Assembly (NCBI GenBank): GCA_964658305.1
Contig: OZ210884.1
Location: 248,001-312,000, forward strand
Length of the DNA stretch: 64,000 nt
Reading direction: 5' to 3'
Source: Leptogorgia sarmentosa
Taxonomy: Eukaryota
The notes under the pieces were generated by a model, which was not told the origin of the DNA, ran no database searches, and worked only from the letters and a program-made list of their open reading frames with translations. Numbering within the stretch: position 1 is the stretch's first letter; each line of letters opens with the position of its first letter. The position numbers and the translations under genes were made by a program. Below, piece by piece: positions 62,482 to 64,000 of the stretch.

Positions 62482-62697
62482 TCCGGCGCCTCTGGTTCCG
62501 CCCCTGCGACGTATGCGACCAGAGAGTTAAGATGCATACAATAATATTACGATTCGTGTGAAATATATTCACTAATAGCTACTTGAAATTATAACGATTA
62601 TTCCTGCTGTTAATTACTGAAATATTTTGTTCGATTTTACTGGAAGATCGAAGATATATTCATTTCGAAGTGCAAGCCATGCAAGATTAATGCCAAG

Positions 62698-62778
62698 GTA
62701 GTCGTGGCCGACGGTTGAGATCAGGGACTTCAAATCTGTTGGGAAATTCCAGCGCAGTTTAAGATCCTGCCGACTACG
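62698..62778 (+). pseudogene. tRNA-Ser pseudogene with TCA anticodon
   Basis: Ser acceptor stem and variable arm; loop CTTCAAA; D arm and T loop destroyed. Confidence 0.75.
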
Positions 62779-63323
62779 CAACAGCAATGGTTCAAAATTT
62801 TTTGTCCAGAATGAATTTGGCAAAGTTTTGTTGCTATAGCATGCAATTAAGGAAAAAAAAAGAGAAAGTCACCAAAGAATTTCACTAAGAGACTTTTTTT
62901 TATTAAAGCAAAGTTTGCAACTTCTAACTCCAGTCCGAAAGACGAGTGCTATTCGAAGTCTTTGGAAAACTCAGGAGTGTACTATGTTATTCAAATTGCA
63001 CGAGAAACCATACTGTTACTTGTCAATAGTTTGCAAAAAAGTATTCGAGACAATTGTAGTGTTAGCTTACGTCTCAAAGATAAATTTCACTGGCAGAGTT
63101 TTCTTCCTCCGTTTATTTCGAATTTTAGAGAACGGTTTCAAAACGGTTTCAAAAATTCACCGAAGCACGTAACTTTTGTCAGCCTCGCTTGAGATAAAGT
63201 TTTTCCCTCATAAGAAAAAGATAAAAGCTATATTTTCGACCCGAAGATAATTTTTGCTTTGTTTAGCGTGGCCGCGATATTTGTTTTGTTCTGTAGCTTG
63301 AGCTGTAATTTAATTGGTTCAAA

Positions 63324-63418
63324 GTGATTACAGAAAATTGCACTGTGATTACAGAAAATTGGACTTGATTACACAAAACTGCACTGTGATTACACAAAAT
63401 TGCACTATTATTACAAAT
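63324..63418 (+). repeat. ~21-bp minisatellite within an interspersed repeat
   Basis: GTGATTACAGAAAATTGCACT repeated about 4.5 times. Confidence 0.8.
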
Positions 63419-64000
63419 TATACAGCAGACAGACGAGTTTCATATCAGGGCTATTTGCATAAAATACAGGCTTATAATTTAAGTTGGTGTACTTAAGTCA
63501 AGCACTTAAGAGGCGACGTATTGTATAATGAATACTAATCATTTTCAAGTGTGCGGGTTAAAGGAAAACTTGTGTTCATGCAGATAGTCACGTTTTATAG
63601 TGATTACTAACTTTGCTTGTGTAGCCGATGAATAAACAGGTAAAAGAAAGTATATATAGATAAGTTTATAGTCTCTCAAAACAAATATTGAGTTTTATAA
63701 TTATTTTCTGACAATAACAAAATAATATTTTAGAGATGGATATAACGTTTAATAAAGTGATGCATTTTGAAGTGGGATAGACTGAGCAGCACTGATGTGG
63801 GTTTTCCCTGAACAAATTGCGCGTAAATGTGAAGTTTGGTCAGCATCAGTGAAACCTGTATGTATGCTATTACATGAGTATGTGCAATATTCACAATGAA
63901 ACAAAATAAAATATTATTCCAAACTATAGATGTGACATATATCGGGTTTTCCTCTCAATAACTACAGAGTCGATGAATAGACAAGTTCCTTGCTTCGCTA

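Larger units (their letters stand above)
60213..62494. mobile_element. hAT-like non-autonomous element (outer)
   Basis: TIR CAGAGGCGCCG / CGGCGCCTCTG; 8-bp TSD GTTCCGCC at 60205-60212 and 62495-62502; empty site at ~48795-48845. Confidence 0.9.

Noticed and set aside
62698..62778. Opal suppressor or tRNA-Sec (TCA anticodon)
   Set aside because: Ordinary Ser body without Sec architecture; D arm, anticodon stem and T loop are broken, so it is a pseudogene one substitution from TGA.
1..64000. 5S rRNA, U6 or other snRNA genes co-clustered with the tRNAs
   Set aside because: I recognised none by eye; an Rfam/Infernal scan would be needed to exclude them.

Overview
AT-rich eukaryotic (metazoan) genomic DNA with no intact protein-coding gene. 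The interspersed repeats resemble those I associate with stony corals or other cnidarians, which is unverified inference. The window is a very dense cluster of roughly 150 tRNA genes, fragments and pseudogenes (estimated by eye; representative copies are listed). They cover 14 amino acids: Arg, Ile, Leu (all five anticodons), Gln, Gly, Glu, Thr, Trp, Ser, Cys, Val, Asn, His and Pro. I found no native Ala, Asp, Lys, Met, Phe or Tyr gene. The segment ~10.0-57.5 kb is a degenerate giant inverted duplication centred near 32-34 kb, with ~670-bp and ~2.3-kb tandem units. A tRNA-free island at 5.2-10.0 kb holds a LINE remnant, a frame-disrupted WD40 exon and a BEL/Pao pol relic. Many non-autonomous DNA elements have visible TIRs, target-site duplications (TSDs) and empty-site paralogs. 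The main observations are: anticodon-shifted tRNAs, two of them structurally intact; an intron-bearing tRNA-Thr(AGT); unrelated MITEs sharing a Pol III cassette plus a telomere-like motif; a 9-bp-TSD MITE with apparent target specificity; and a four-level transposon nest. Coordinates were counted by hand and may be off by a few bases.
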